DNA from: Takakia lepidozioides
Lineage: Eukaryota; Plantae; Bryophyta
DNA: 64,000 bases
Reading direction: 5' to 3'
Assembly: GCA_030704615.1 (NCBI GenBank)
Contig: CM060734.1
Location: 35,836,001 to 35,900,000 of the forward strand
The position numbers and the translations under genes were made by a program. Position 1 is the stretch's first letter. Every line of letters begins with the position of its first letter. Positions 37,439-51,845 of the stretch are shown piece by piece. The notes under the pieces were generated by a model. The model was not told where the DNA came from. It searched no databases and saw only the letters and a list, made by a program, of their open reading frames with translations.

Positions 37439-40400
37439 TTAAAACAAGCTGCTGTCGGGAGGGCCTTCGTTAGCGCGCAGTGCACCACTTCCACCAGGTT
37501 TCTTGCCCTTGCTCCTTGCAAGTTTCAAAAGAAAGTCGGTGAAGACAAACTCGTAGTCTGGCATTTTTCCATAGCCTGCATGCAAACATCCTCTATGGCA
37601 CTTAAAAAACTGACGTTTGCATTCTCCATCCATTATCTTGTCTACAGGGCAATACCAAATTCCAATGATTGATGTACTTACTCCTGCTTAACTTTTCTCG
37701 GATTAAGGGCAGCACTATCACTTAAACTACTCGAACTTGTTCCAGAACCCAGAAAAACAAATAATCGCACTAATATCCCACCAATTACATGTATAAGAGT
37801 GCTCAGAGTATGATGTGCTACTATTTGATGTACTCATTTACCCTTCTCAGCGACATATGGTTATTGAGTACCCTTCAGTATATGGTCCATGCAGACTTTA
37901 AACCCTACTGGAACTGTTCATGGGGGTCCATCCCACCAGGATAAACTTTTCAGTCAAAGATCCCTCCCGGCAAAGCAGACAGTCTGGTTGTTGGTGAACA
38001 TGAGGATTATCTATTGGCTAGCATTGACAACAAAATAGAAAGCACTAGGTTGACCCTGGCACTTCTGTGCTCCAGCTAGGAGTATAGTGGCTAGACATTT
38101 TTCTGAGAGCACAACCACATGAAGAAAGCAATTACTGCACTAGTGTGGAAAACCAGTAGGAAGAAATAGGCTCCTTCCTCAACCAGTCTTTAAGCAAACT
38201 CAGAAACTTCAAACTTACCAGGAAAGTAGTTGATGTCAATGACATAGTAGCGGTTTCCAGTTCCACCTTCTCGAATGATATCCAAGTTAAAAAGCCTCAA
38301 ACCCTGTCAGGAAAAGGAAGAACACGTCAGACACTCAGATGGGTAAAGTTAAAAAATGCACCTATCCACTTATGTCATCCATTGGGCCTCCATTTGATAG
38401 GAATAGTCTTATCCACAAGAGTGTGTTGACAATGAACACTAACATGTCTCCAGTGCTAACCACACCCACACCTGGTTTCAGCTAGCTTTGAAACAAAGGC
38501 CCACTCGACCCTGTAACTGGGAAGTTGATTCCAACCTGTAGTCCAAACACGAGTCCCAACCACCCCATAAATCTAGTCTCTAGAAGCACTGACGGATTGG
38601 AACCCTGACAGGTAAAATCCTCTTAGAAAGACTAAATACGCTAATGACTGTCCTTCGGGCTACATAGACTAGGTCACAGTGTACAACTGCTTACCGGATA
38701 AGGGTTGTCAACTGCCATTCAAGTGCACTAGAGACAAAACTGCAACGCACCCCAACTTTGAGATCTAACTTCACTCGACATGTAAAATGCTCGTTTGAAC
38801 TCCCCAGCCAGGAAATGAGGGAAGGCTCACCAATCTTTGACGGAGCTCTCTAGCAAGGCAATCCAACAGCTGTCTGGGAGGCAACTCTGCATGATACCAG
38901 TGTGCTTTAGGTCACTGGCAGTGTTTTTTTTTTCATTTATCCAAAATCACCACAGGGGCCACATGTAAATTCTACCCAGCACCCATGTGGCGAGAACAAC
39001 AAAGGTGGCAAGGTTAGAAAAGTGGCTCAATAACAGGTGGCACCTTTTAACAGGTCCGCCTAGGCAAAATCAAGTTCCTTATATAAGCGCTTTCTGGCGA
39101 ATTTTTTGATTTATCCCCCAATAATTCCTTTGTAAAAGTAGCTGACCCATTTTCCAGGTCGAAATTTGGCAATTTTTCACCAGTAAATAAAACACTCGTC
39201 CCTGGACAACCAAATCACAAGAAACGCCATGCATACTGTTTCTTGCAAAAGAACAACTGATGCAAGGAAACAAACATATACAACTAAACTCAAACAGACC
39301 TAAAGCTCTTCTAATCCAGGCTGTTAGAAGATGCCATTAATAGACTAAGCTTGCCACAGAGTTGTGGTTATTCATGCCATGGAGGGTTTTCAAGGAGGAG
39401 AGTGTGGACTGCAAAATGTCAATAGCAAATATGATAGCAGTCACACACCATACTGACACCAATAGCTGATCCTTCGGAAAGGTATATACATGTACGTGCA
39501 GGGCCAACATCAGATGTGAATGAAAGATGACCAAACAAAAGGGTGAAGTCGTAGCTTTCAACACTCAAGTATAAAAAAAAACATCATGTAAGGAGCTACC
39601 AACCCCACCCAGCAGTTGATGAGCATGTATACCATGCTCATAAACATATCCCCATACTACTCACACTGAGATTCTGTTACAGCTATTGACATACCAGAAA
39701 TGTCATCAATGATCTTGGCTGGCTGTCAAGGAGAAAAGATTCTTAAAAGATGCATGCTCTAAGAAGCACACAGATAAGATAGTGGACAATACCAGCAGCT
39801 TGAGGGTCTAAATCAGCTTCCTCAGCCGTTGCGGCTGCGCAGGACACTCTTGGGAAAGGGATTACACCATTGTTCACCAGCTCCCCTTCCTGCACATCCG
39901 GCAAAGAAAACCTACGCACTACATTGATTGCATCTCCAACAATATAAACCTTGAAAAGGACCCCTCCTGCATACAAATACCCAAAGCACCAACTCTCATG
40001 AGTTGCACAACATACCATTGAAGTCTAAGATCTTCCACTTTCATTAGATATCACAAGTAGCAGACACAACGGTAACAAAAACTTTCCACCGTAAACCTTA
40101 CTGTCTCAGTCAGGCCCTGAGAACCACTGAAATCTAAACATTTACCAATCTTGATCAAAGTACCTTGTCCGACACATCGCCTAACAACAAGTTACCATTA
40201 CAGCTACATGCAATATCAATAAAGGTCAGGAGGTTTGGCATACCATGGTTCACAAACTCTTGAAGAACAAGAGGCGGGTCCAATTCTGACAAACAGATTT
40301 TATCGTACGCCAGAGACATGGCATGTGACTTTGCTGTTCCATCTGCCACCAAAGGCTTGGCAACTGTACACAGCAAGACCCCATGAGAATTCGACAGTAA

Positions 40401-43400
40401 CCCTCCATAAATATCTTCCTGAAGCTGTGAGCCACTACCCAGGTAGGCACATTTGAAAACCACAAAACATGCATCATAAAGGCAGTTGGAAAGAAACAAT
40501 GAACTATTAGTGTGCCAACGAGGGGGCATACCCAAGGGAAGCTTCAACCCTGCTTTAGCTACTGAGCTAGGAATTGAGGCCGCATCACCAGTTATTACCA
40601 ACTGCCTTGGGACACCAACTTGACCTGGCATCCATGAACAACAAAAACATAACCTCAGGACCGTCTTTAAATTAGACACTACCTGACTCCAAAATTCCTA
40701 AAGAGGATAGACGTAATACATATTAACCCACATGTATCAGAGTTTGTAAAGAGAATAAAACGTTAACTTTTAACATATATGGACGGACAAAAACTTATCT
40801 ACACATGGAGGTGTTTTCAGTTCTCATCCTGGATGTGAAATCCATGCAGGTGTTTGATAGCGTAAGTTGACAGTTCATGAGGTCATAAGGGCTATAGTTC
40901 CCAATTAACTGACAAAAACTATGTGCACATTGAGAATCATTAACAATGGGTCCATGTAATGACAAGCCTATAAGGAGGCAGTTTTACTGAGATTTACTTC
41001 ACTATCTGCAATATGACTGGTTACTAACAATGAAGTTCTCAGTGTGAATAAAACATTGCCGAAGATTAAAGATTGATGCCTGAAACCAGAACTTGAGTTC
41101 AAATAGATATAAGAGCTGGTTTAAGGTACTGTGTACTGGAGAAGAGACTAACCACCACAGTCACAAAGGTCTAGCTCAGCCACATCCTGAAGCATTGACT
41201 GCCTGTTTCGCAACTGCTGAATGGCTTCTGGTGGGTCCAGCACAATCACGTCCGGATATTTCTGCTTAAAATCCTGCAAATACACAAGCACCAGATCACC
41301 AACATGGCCAAAGAGGAAGTGAATTGGACTCCCAATGTACCCATTCACATGCTTAATCCTGAAGCAGCCTCCAAAGTCGGGACCCTGACAACTGATCATT
41401 CACAGAGTGAGATCTGTGTAGAGCTAGGTTGGTTTTACTCACCCATTCAATGGTGTTGCGTGGGAATGATCAGAACTTCTTTTCACCACATCATTACCCC
41501 AAAAGATTCAACAAGGGGGTGACCTGCCATCCCATAAATGGAATTGACATCTCTATTCTAAGCAAATTACGGTTTGACTAAAGCGAGGTGCAATTGGGAG
41601 CAGTTTTCCTTGTGACATTTAAGGTGTGCAGACATGAGTTCACCTCTTGCGGTCAATTATGAACAAGGAAACTTGTTCCACTCTCTTTCCATCAACTTGA
41701 ACTTTTGAAATTACACATGCCCTGACACTTCAGTTATCACTCTTCTGACCACCATCTGAAATCAAATTAAAACTATGATCATGAGAACATCTGGGCCCTA
41801 AGAGCATGGCCAGCAGCGGCCATTTCAGACACGCCAACTCCATTCTGCCGTGGCCGGCGGTTTCGGGGCTCTCCCCGCGTCCCCAGCAGCACCACCCCAC
41901 TCCTTATAGTGCCGGCCGGCTCGCAAATCCGCACTTCAAGCACGGCATCTGGAATTCCGTTGCCATCCCCCAAACCCCCCCACGGCAACGTCTTATCTGG
42001 GCATTCTCGCTCACATGTGTTGACAGGTGGCACGGTAGGTGGCAGGGCCCACAGGTCAATGTAACCATCTCAGCCTGGTGCGCATCTCAGCCGTGCGCCC
42101 AGCGGGAGGGGGGGTTGCCGTGGGAGGCTGCCATGCTGCTGGCCTTCACACCAGCTGCCACACTACTATATGGGCTCCGGGCCAAAAATGGGCGAGTATA
42201 ATGCCGTTGGCGTGTCTGTTTACCACGCCACTGCTGGTCATGCTCTAAACACCTGCTCTTGTATCCAAGAGACTGTATATAACGGTATCTTTCCTCACTG
42301 AAATTATATTTGAAGACATCTACGACTCTTTCAATATCATGGCAGTTTCATAAATGGCATTCGTGAGCAATTGAACTACCAACATGCATGCAAAGAAAAT
42401 GAAATAAAAGAGGGGCTCTAAATCTTTGAACCTGCCAAAAGGCCTAAGAGAGTTAAGCAGAAGCGAGAAGACACAGTCAACCAGGCTCCCTCCCCATCTC
42501 CCTCAAGTCTCTTTTAACTCTCACCTCCAGCTCTTGTCGCCACTCCTTCCCTGTTATCTGCAATACAATCCACCAAGTTGCATTCATCACCAATACCTTG
42601 TCAGTGCAGGAATTTTTTTGCAGTAGTGGCCTTTGGATGTTAGTGCACCAAACACACTGTATACCTTCCATGTATGTTAAGAATCAGTGGAGGACCAGGA
42701 GGCCCAACGACAGTGTTGCTCATATTTTCTGTGAAGGCTCAGTACAGTACCATCCGGAAGCCAGTGTAAGAACTTTCCCAGTTAAACACAATGTGATTAC
42801 ATATACTGAACTGGCTCGCTAAGCAGGAAATCTCTCACCAGAAAAAGTCCTCACGTGTTTTATATTCCTGATTGCTGATAGGATAGGAAGCATAAGTGCA
42901 GCTGGGGGACTACAACTCTGAATTTTAGTCTTCCAAGTACTTCCATAAGATTGTGCGGTGGGCTCCTATACATGGTAAGCACCTGGTAGCCCAACAGGAA
43001 TTTGCCACCTAGCAGGCACTTCCGCTCAAACTCAAAGCTTCAAGTCGAAACTGGACATTCAAGGACAAGTAACACGTAAACATGCCACATTCTGAGCTTC
43101 CGCACAAACAACAACCTTCAGTTCACATTTAATGCCGTCCACTCTTGCAGAATTCTGTAGGACTTGGAAAATTGCCGAAACCTCACATCAATGTCTTGTA
43201 CACATCAAGATAGGCCACTCCAGGAGCACTCAAGGAGCACTAAGAAAAAAAGAAAGAAAAAAAGAAAGAAAAAAGGAAAAGGAAGCACTGACCTTATGTA
43301 AGATCACATCAAAGGGTCCTTGCTCTACAAGCAATTTGTTCCGATCTATTGCCACTAGTGCAATGCCTTTGGTCCTGTACAAACCAACAGTAAGAAGGAA

Positions 43401-45100
43401 CTTGAGCCCCATTTAACAAAATGTACTTTCAATCTCTTGCATCTTGTAGCCTAAAAAGCTCCTTGTCGATCTATCATATTTACTGTGAACACAGTCCCAA
43501 ATTACAAAGATGACCCATGCATGATGGAAGGAGTCAAACATCCCATGCTGCGAGCACCAGGGAGTCACACTCCTCCTCAGCACCAATTGCTCTTGTGGGA
43601 ACAAATAAATATGAAAATCTCATTTTATGAGTATTATGGCTCTGTTTGAGGTGTACACCAAGCCAGTAGGGAAAACCCTCTGCAAAAAGTGCTGCAGTCA
43701 GCCACATGACTTTTCGTTAAACTACCTTAAGGGCTTCTCACTGACCTTCTTACTGTCTGGTCACTTCTCCACCTAGCTGCAGACCATCTGAATTCAGGGG
43801 TTCAAACTCTTACATGGTCGGATTGATATCCGAGACTGTTTCACCAACAAGACTGTTTCACCAGAAAGCCTGCCTGACTGTGAGACTTACCAGTCGTCAT
43901 ACTAAGCCCTGACAATTGAGTGAAAGTGTCCCATTACATACCTCACTTCACCCAGAAGCCACTGATAACAGCAGCTTCCTGTATGTTCGTCACAAAGACC
44001 AATCAATGACAAACAGAGAAGCAAAGGGATATAAGAGGACCCAGCAGGTATGGTGATTATCACCCATGTGGGACATTTACAAATTACCCTCCAGTGAGAG
44101 TGGGCAACATACATCATCAGAAAATATGACACCAATCAACCCTGAAGCAGCCAAAACAAAGCCCACCCTACACTTTCTAGGGGAAGGAAGCAGAGCCAGT
44201 CCAAGCTGTGGTAGACGGTTTTGCAACATACGTTGCCGTAAATTTGTCAAACTCGGGTGTACAAGAATTCCTTGCAGTAGTGAAATGGAATAGGCAGATT
44301 TCTGAATGTGAGGAAAGCGTGCAGTGACGAGCAGTGCATTTCATGAATGTAAGCCCAATTTCACCAGTCCTGCCACTCATTGTCATGAGCATGAACATGA
44401 CTAAAACTCTCCTGGAGAATTTTATCTTATTAAGCCTCAACCACTTGGAGACCACCGTTTTCACTTGGATCAACGCAATCTAAATGAGAAACGAAATTTA
44501 GATTTCCCCCGTTCGAATAGCACTTAAAATTCCTCCATTGCGCAGACTTTCCACTTAGGTGGAAGGTGATATCGTTTGCACCGTGGTGAAGCAGATGTGC
44601 TGTCAGAATATAAGGTAGACCATGTCTGTTAATGCAGAGGCTGAGTCCATTGGACCATCCAACCCTTAGCAAACTTCCAATTCTTTCACGGTGTAGGTAA
44701 GTGCAGGCGGAGCTTGGCCTTGCCACCTACAGTCTTTCACGCTAAACTACAATGTATACCTGGCATGAGTTTCAAGCTTGGGTTGGATGAAGCTTTTGAT
44801 TTTCTTAGAAGTAAGCGCATATCCAACAGTAAATCTCGGGGAGGGCACAGCCATGACCGGTGCAGCCTGCGCTCGCACATCCCGACTCTGAAGCTTCCCC
44901 TCTCTCTTCCGTTCTTGTGCCCTCTCCCTTTCCTCCTCTCTCCGCCTACTCTCCTCTCTCCTTCGTATCTCCTCCCTTTCTCTGTCAGCAATCCTTCCCA
45001 CCGACAGGGGTGATCTATCCCTTCCTTGAATCAATCCAACTCCCCACAGGCTGCCAGATGCCGTGGATGCAACCGTTGTGGCCTCTCCATCCAGCCTCAT
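37439..45100 (-). CDS. ITPK: Inositol-tetrakisphosphate 1-kinase; exons 45100-44760, 43374-43293, 42557-42525, 41273-41153, 40624-40532, 40363-40244, 39966-39793, 38886-38831, 38303-38219, 37575-37439
   Basis: [85 protein letters not shown]; all introns GT-AG with consistent phases. Confidence 0.95.
38919..39197. mobile_element. MITE-like insertion in an ITPK intron
   Basis: Ends cagtgtttt.../...aaataaaacactc; interior shares ggcgaattttt/cgaaattt motifs with the 26982 repeat. Confidence 0.45.
41802..42245. mobile_element. PIF/Harbinger (Tourist-type) MITE in an ITPK intron
   Basis: TIRs gagcatggccagcagcggc / gccactgctggtcatgctc (17 of 19 match) with TAA target-site duplication on both sides. 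Confidence 0.85.
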
Positions 45101-45641
45101 ACCCTCAGCAAACACTCCTGCTCGAACCTTTCACCCTCCACTCTTCAACCCCTACTCCTCCAGCCCCCACCCTCAGAAAACGACCTTACTCGAAGAAAAT
45201 CCTGAGTGTATCGGAGGTATCTGTCTCCCCTCTTGACTCTCTACACTCTCATAAATACACAAAGACAATCCTCAGCCTGAAAATGACCACGGATATAAGG
45301 ATTTCAAGTGGCAAGAAAATGACAGAAACCAAACTGAAAAAAAAAACAAAATTGTAACCGAATCACACAAAATGACCGCCTCTCCCTTTTCCCGGCTGTC
45401 CCCCCTCTTTTCTCGCTTTCCTAGAGGCAATCCTTCTTGGCTCGTCTAACACGCTCCAGAAGAAAAGCACCAAAGCAAGCAAGAGCTGTCGCACATTCAG
45501 GCTGTCTCTCTTTCCTCACAACGTCTCTCAGACACAATCCACCACAAGGAACACACAGTCCGATACAAGCCGTCCTACACCTGCACACTGCGCTTCACTG
45601 CACCATGGCGCCTCTCGCAACCCTTTCTCTCCCCCGCTCTC

Positions 45642-45672
<31 letters not shown>

Positions 45673-48600
45673 TCCTTCTGTCGCTGTGGGAGAGCCCGAG
45701 TGTGAGGATCTGTTGGGATGTCTTGTGCTCAAGAGCCAGGCCAGCCACCAGCCCCTTATAAATAACTTACCGCTTTATACCTCGCCGTTTTACCCCGCAC
45801 TCTCGTCACCACCGTCTGCCGTCGACGGAAAGCGCAGACGCCGTCGCTGCGCCGCCATCTACGCAGTGCAATACCCTGCCGCGGCCGGCCCCACTTGCGG
45901 ATAAGAGGCCGCAGTCGACCGCGCCACCTGCCGCGGTTAGTAGAACCGACCCCAGAAACCGTGGCTCTTATTGACCTTGCCGGCCAGCTGGCCATCTTGA
46001 ACTGACGCTTGGCGCTCGCCATTTCGTTGGTGCCTGTTTTCATCCACCGCGCGGGCGACAGTTAACACATCCCTGCGGCTTCTCATATCCCCCACTCTGT
46101 CCCCCCTCTCTCCTTCACCCCCTCCATACATCCAGTTTCTTTTTGGCTCCCAGCTATTTTCCCAATGTATAATTTGTTTTTTCCTTGGAGAAAACCAACT
46201 TCGATTTATAAATTATAATACTAATACTTACTTGTAGACAAATGTAGTCGGTAAAAAACAAAATAAAAAAGAAAAAAGTTGGTGAAGTGCGTGGACGATC
46301 CGCCAGTGATGGCAGCCAAGCAAGCCTCTTCTTGCCACGACCACACTTTCTTTGCTTTGCTTCGTGTTGCAAGCGCGTCGTGTTGAGGACATCGTGAACT
46401 GGGCGACCACCTTCTTTGTCCCGCCGAACATGCCCTGGCATATGCCGGGTTCGCGGCGGAGTATTGGATGAACGCACCGTGACGTTTCATCATCTACTTT
46501 ATGCTGTATACCCATTTGATGCCCACAAACACTTGGTCGCTCGCACATTTGCATACCCATTTGAACGCATCATTCACGCTACCCCCAGGAAGGTAATTTT
46601 CCCACCAATCCCGTAGAAAATTGCACTTTCGCAGGTATGGTACAAACTCGCCATTGGCCACGAGCATTGAACCCACAACCTCGGTCCACTTCAACACTCC
46701 CTTTTGTACTGCTGTGTCAAAGGACGGAGTTACTTTCTCATCCATCAGACCTTTATCATCCATGCGGTGGTTCGTTGAACTTCTGGAAGGACAGGGTACC
46801 TATATCATCCACTTATGGATGAACAGAGTACATATATCATCCATGTAATGATTCATCCATGAGGTTCTACAGTTGAGCTTCTGGAAGGAGGACGAAGGAC
46901 GGGGACGAGACGCAGGTGAAATAATGGGGGGGGGATTTGCGGCAATAATATTTACGAAGATTGGATGCAGGGTTTGATCGGTCGTAGAGGAAGCAGGGGG
47001 GTTGAAATGCAAAGGGAGCATGATTGAGCGTGGGCAGAGTGGAGCGTACACATTGGAATATCTCTTATCCTCTGCCGCACCAACGCAGTGCGAGACGGTG
47101 GAGCGGTGCGAGTGAGGGTGCTGTGGTGTCAGAGCGCAGAGAGGATTGATTCGCCGGAGAATTGAGGTGACAAGAGCGTGACAGAGCAGGACAGGGAAGA
47201 TTCGGGGCATATGACGGGCCGGGTGTACCGCCCACCCGGCCCCGTACACCCGCGCTACGGACTGCCGTGGATCAAATCAATGTGTTCCTCATACCCGATG
47301 CGCATCTCGACCGTTAAGATTCCAGGCATCAACGGTTCTCACGTGCAATACCCTTCCAAACTTTCGGCCGCGTCACATGTCGCCACGTGTCGTAGATCCG
47401 AATCTCGAAACTCGTGACTTACACGTGACTTACCACGCTGTCGCCTTGCTCCTAACTTACTACCCTCGTGCCCGGTATATACGCCCTTTTACTGCCCGCC
47501 TATTTTTGGGCAACTCCTAGTCTGGCAGCACGTGTCATTCTAACCACGGTTTAGTTGAGTAGTGTGTTGGGTGTGGGAATCGTGCGTTGGGGCAGCCCAA
47601 ACTCGTAACTTACTGCCTCACACGTGCTGCCAGCAGCTTACGTAGTGATGAGATACTACGTAGTGAGGTGAGCAGGCCCGCGTGACAGCCGACTTACTAC
47701 TTGTCACTTACGATTTACTACATTCCAGTAACTGGTTAGATCGATTCACAAGTGTGTTCTACAACCAGCTTGCTGAGGTGATTAATGAATCATTTAAAAA
47801 TAATAAAAATGACTGAATCAATGATTACAGTATAGCGATCACTAAACAGTATTTCTACCTAGTCTTAAATGAGAATAAAAATAAGTAAAAGTAAGCTAAG
47901 TAAAGAGACTGGAGAGAGGACGCCAACCCAATTTTATTTTTGTTTTCCTTCAAAAATCAAAAGTAAGAGCCTCTTTGGAGGGGTGGGTGAATTAGTATAC
48001 TACGTCCAGGAATCATTCAATTGCGGCGATTATTCATCCTACGAATTGGATGAACAATAGTATATTATACAAAAATGGGTGTGAATTGGATAGGGGAATG
48101 GAGGGTGGGGTGGAGAGCATGAAAGCCACAAAGGAGCGAGTGGAGGGGCCGGAGCGGGGTTGTGCGGAGCAAGATATGAAGAAAGTTGAGGGTGGGACGG
48201 TGTGTGGCTCTTATCAGTTGGTGTGCTAAGGTCCCACCTGCGCGTCCATTTGACTCAATCTCACTCGCACCCTAAAAGTCGGAAAGGAGTTCGCAATATA
48301 TACAATAGATTGTCACGTGGATAAAGCCACGACGGTAGGTGGCGATATATATCGGTGTCATGGCTTGGACCCTTCATGCACCCGTCATCGTGCACCAACC
48401 CCTTGACGAACAATAATAAGTAATGAAATCCCCCAGAATTTGTTTTTGTACGACGGCCAAACGAGAGATAGAGCAAAAGAGCTTCACGTCGGTAGTGTCG
48501 ATGTTGTGCAACGCACCATCCCCTGAAGCTGTGAGCCGCTATCTTCCGAACGAAACAGATGTGACCACACAGGACAAGCACACCGCCCGTGGTGCTCCAA

Positions 48601-50019
48601 GGGTGAAACGCCCAACGACGGCCGGCATCTGAGCCAGCATATACCGGCCGGCTATGTACCCCTCGTATCTTTATAGGATCATTAGCGCATGATCCCCCAT
48701 CCTGCCATGTTCAAAATTGGTTGAAGCCCAAATGTTGTGAAATGAGCAAAGTCTACCGAACCGAAATGTAATGTTGTGGGATGCGATCCGGTAGGAATAC
48801 CAATCCCACAACATTACCCTTGGCCAAGTTACGTTCTCTTAGGCAAGAGTCCACATACTTTTCTCAAACGGTGTGGGGAACTCGAGTCGGCGGCATGGAT
48901 GTACATGCATGCATAAGCTGACAAAGTTTGGGTCAACCCTAATCTGAATCCCACAATTCATTTCAATAACGGTCAGACGCGTCTGGGCGGAGAAAACGGG
49001 CAGCCCTGAAGATTCCTGTCGCCGCCAATCTGCATTACGAGCGGCTGCAGCCCATTGGCCGGAACTGATTCTCGGCGGGGGGTGGGCGCCGCTGCGGCTG
49101 CCACGAGTCTGGCCGGCCGGGGCCCGCCTGGAATCTGGCGGGCCAATGGCGGCGCGTCGCCTATCCACGACGTCACCGTCGACGTGGACGGGGCGTCCGT
49201 CCACGTGGACAAAATCGTTTCCCCCGACATCTTCCGCTCTGTTTCCGTCCGTCGACGGAAACAGAAGTTGTGGACGGATGGCGTGCGCTGTGCATGTAGT
49301 GGCAATAAAGGCGAAGGCAGGCCGGTGTGTTTGAACGGAGTGCGGGTTGCTCTAATAAAAGCACGACAATGAATTTGTGTGAGTCAGCGTCCACACGACA
49401 AGCACAAAACAGGATGTGAGTTTGGTGTGTAGACTCGAGGCAGCGTGGTGTTCCATGGGTGGAGCAGTGCGAGAGATAAACATGCTGACGTTCGAAAACA
49501 TGGAGGTGAGTATGTGATAAAATTTTGCTTACTGAAACGTCTGCTGTGGACGATAGAATTGGCGTGAAAAGGTTGGTTCCTCCACGAAAGTCCCATGCGC
49601 GGTGTAGGTAGTCCCTTTCTTCCACGAGACGGCAGCAGCTTCAGGAGGGGCCGAATATAGACATGTTCTTCCTCATTTAGCCCTTCAATTTGCAGCCATA
49701 TTCAGTGCTGTTGGTATTGTGGTAAAGCATATGACTATGTATCAAGAAGAGCCTCAATGCATTTGAAATCGAATGGTCCATGCAGATGTCTCTCAGATTG
49801 GAGTGGTTCTTGTGCTCACTGACATCTTCTGTAGTCTGGGGCTAGGTTATTGCTTGTGTGGAAAACTGAAATACAATCAGCACATTATATGCTTTCCCAC
49901 TGTTAGAGGCTTTTCCCAATCAACCCAATGAAGCTGACTCTTTAGCTGGAAGAGGGGGGCAGGGTGGTCATGTCATTGGGCAGTGTGGGAGAAAAGCAAG
50001 GATAGAAATTTACACGGAT

Positions 50020-50105
50020 TTCGTTCTTCACATGTGCGAGCCTGGCAGCCCTGAAAAAAGGGCAAAAAGGTTCATTGTGACACAACGAATGTTGGAATTG
50101 TATCA
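50020..50105 (+). pseudogene. Isolated PPR L-motif remnant
   Basis: tgtgcgagcctggcagccctgaaaaaagggcaaaaaggttcat...gttggaattgta matches the CASLAALEKGKEVH...GIV units of the gene at 54570-57992. Confidence 0.7.
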
Positions 50106-50458
50106 GTGTCAGAATTCTACAGTTACAGTTAAAAGCAAGAATGTCTAGAGCAAGGGCATGACAATTTCCACATGATTTTCAAGTCTCACCACAAGTTTGT
50201 CACTTGACAGCATTTGTTTTTGGGATACAAACTGGACATGACACTTGCCATCCAGGATTAGCTGGTTTCTGGCTGCTCAGAACCAAGGTGAAACCTAGAA
50301 AATTAGACAACAGCATGCGTAAGTGACGCAACACACTGACCTGAAACTCTGACATCATGTCCTAAGACCAAACAGGACCAAGTTGCACTTCTCACCCTCA
50401 GATGTGATAATGATATTGCTTGGATCAACATAATGCTATTGCAAAGCAACAATTTAAA

Positions 50459-51845
50459 ATCCTAATCAAGAGCTTGTCTGAGCTCTGACTTCCTCTCCAC
50501 AAGCCCCTTTCCGTACAGCAAAACTCAATCACACAAATGGTAAACATTGGCAGGGATAAACCTACAGCAGTCAATGTTAAAGACTGGCACAAGAGGTGAC
50601 TATGTCACCAGGTTGCAGGATCACAATACTACGCAGCAGTAAAGTTTTACATCTACTGGTAAAATGTCCACACAACCAAGTATGGGCAGAGTTCATATCC
50701 TGGCTGCAGGAGGTATGCCATCACAGAAAATCTCTCGTTTCTCTGGCCTGCTACCTTGTAGACTACCACTGTTTGACGGCACACAAAATCTTTGCTACCC
50801 TGCAGATGCTCAAGGTCGTGACAGCTTTTTCTCACTTCTGACATCCAAGACAAAAGTTTGCAAGAATACAGACCAGAATGAGAACAATGGCAACACCTGC
50901 TTCTTAGGAATGCCCTTGTAGTCACCATACACCACCACATGTTCAAGAAGCTCATCCCAAGCAATCATGTCTTGAAATTCAGGCTTGCTAACAAAGTAGT
51001 AATCCTTCCCTTCCACTTCACCAGGCCGTCTAGGTCGACTTGTTGCTGTCACTACAAAATGGATATCACTCTTCACCTCTTGCAGCCTCTGCTAGAGACA
51101 CATAATCACCCACTCGTATCATAATAGTGTGCACAATCTCTCTTGACCTGCCATAGTCATACTCTGTTTATATCATGCTCTTCTGAACAGCAGGTTAATC
51201 CAGCTGGAACACAAGGTAACTGATAGTGTCTGTCCTCTCATACAGTGTTTCTGCATTATGCGATGAACTCTTGCACCAAAAGGATGCTCCGGTAAAAGGT
51301 TTTCTGAAGGAAATCTTGAAGACCAGAGTTAATTTCACATTGACATGTAGGTCCACTACTAGCCCAGTTTGCTCTACTCTTGTTCTCACTTATATTGCTC
51401 CTTCCAAGCCATCCCCAAGGGTGATGGACACCCCACTCCACACACCAAAGCCTAAGCTGTCTCTCTCTCTCTCTCTCTCAAGTTAGGCGTAACACTTCCC
51501 TGAACTTGTTTCCAGTCTGTGACATGGGCAAGGACCTTAAGGATGATCTCAAGGGCCTACCTACCCTCGGCACTAGACTGAAATTTAAGAAGCCTACTTT
51601 GAACAATAAACCAATGCGACGAGGAAAAGGAGCCTGATGAAGCCTGAAGACAATATCCATTTTCTGATACATTGTCTGGGATATTCTCACCAGAAAGTGA
51701 CTCTCTTCAGAAACGTCAAGAACATTGTCCCTGCACTTCTGTTCACCAACTTTCAAAATCTTGAGGCTGAGCAGCCCTTTCCCTGGTGGGGTCTAATTGC
51801 TGGGCAGCTCAGCCACAGCAGATTGATGCTTGTGTGAAGGGATTT
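50459..51845 (-). pseudogene. Partial duplicate of the guanylate kinase gene (exon 50897-51088 intact, last exon mostly deleted, flanking introns retained)
   Basis: Colinear similarity to 59794-61357; [25 protein letters not shown]...[11 protein letters not shown]. Confidence 0.9.
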
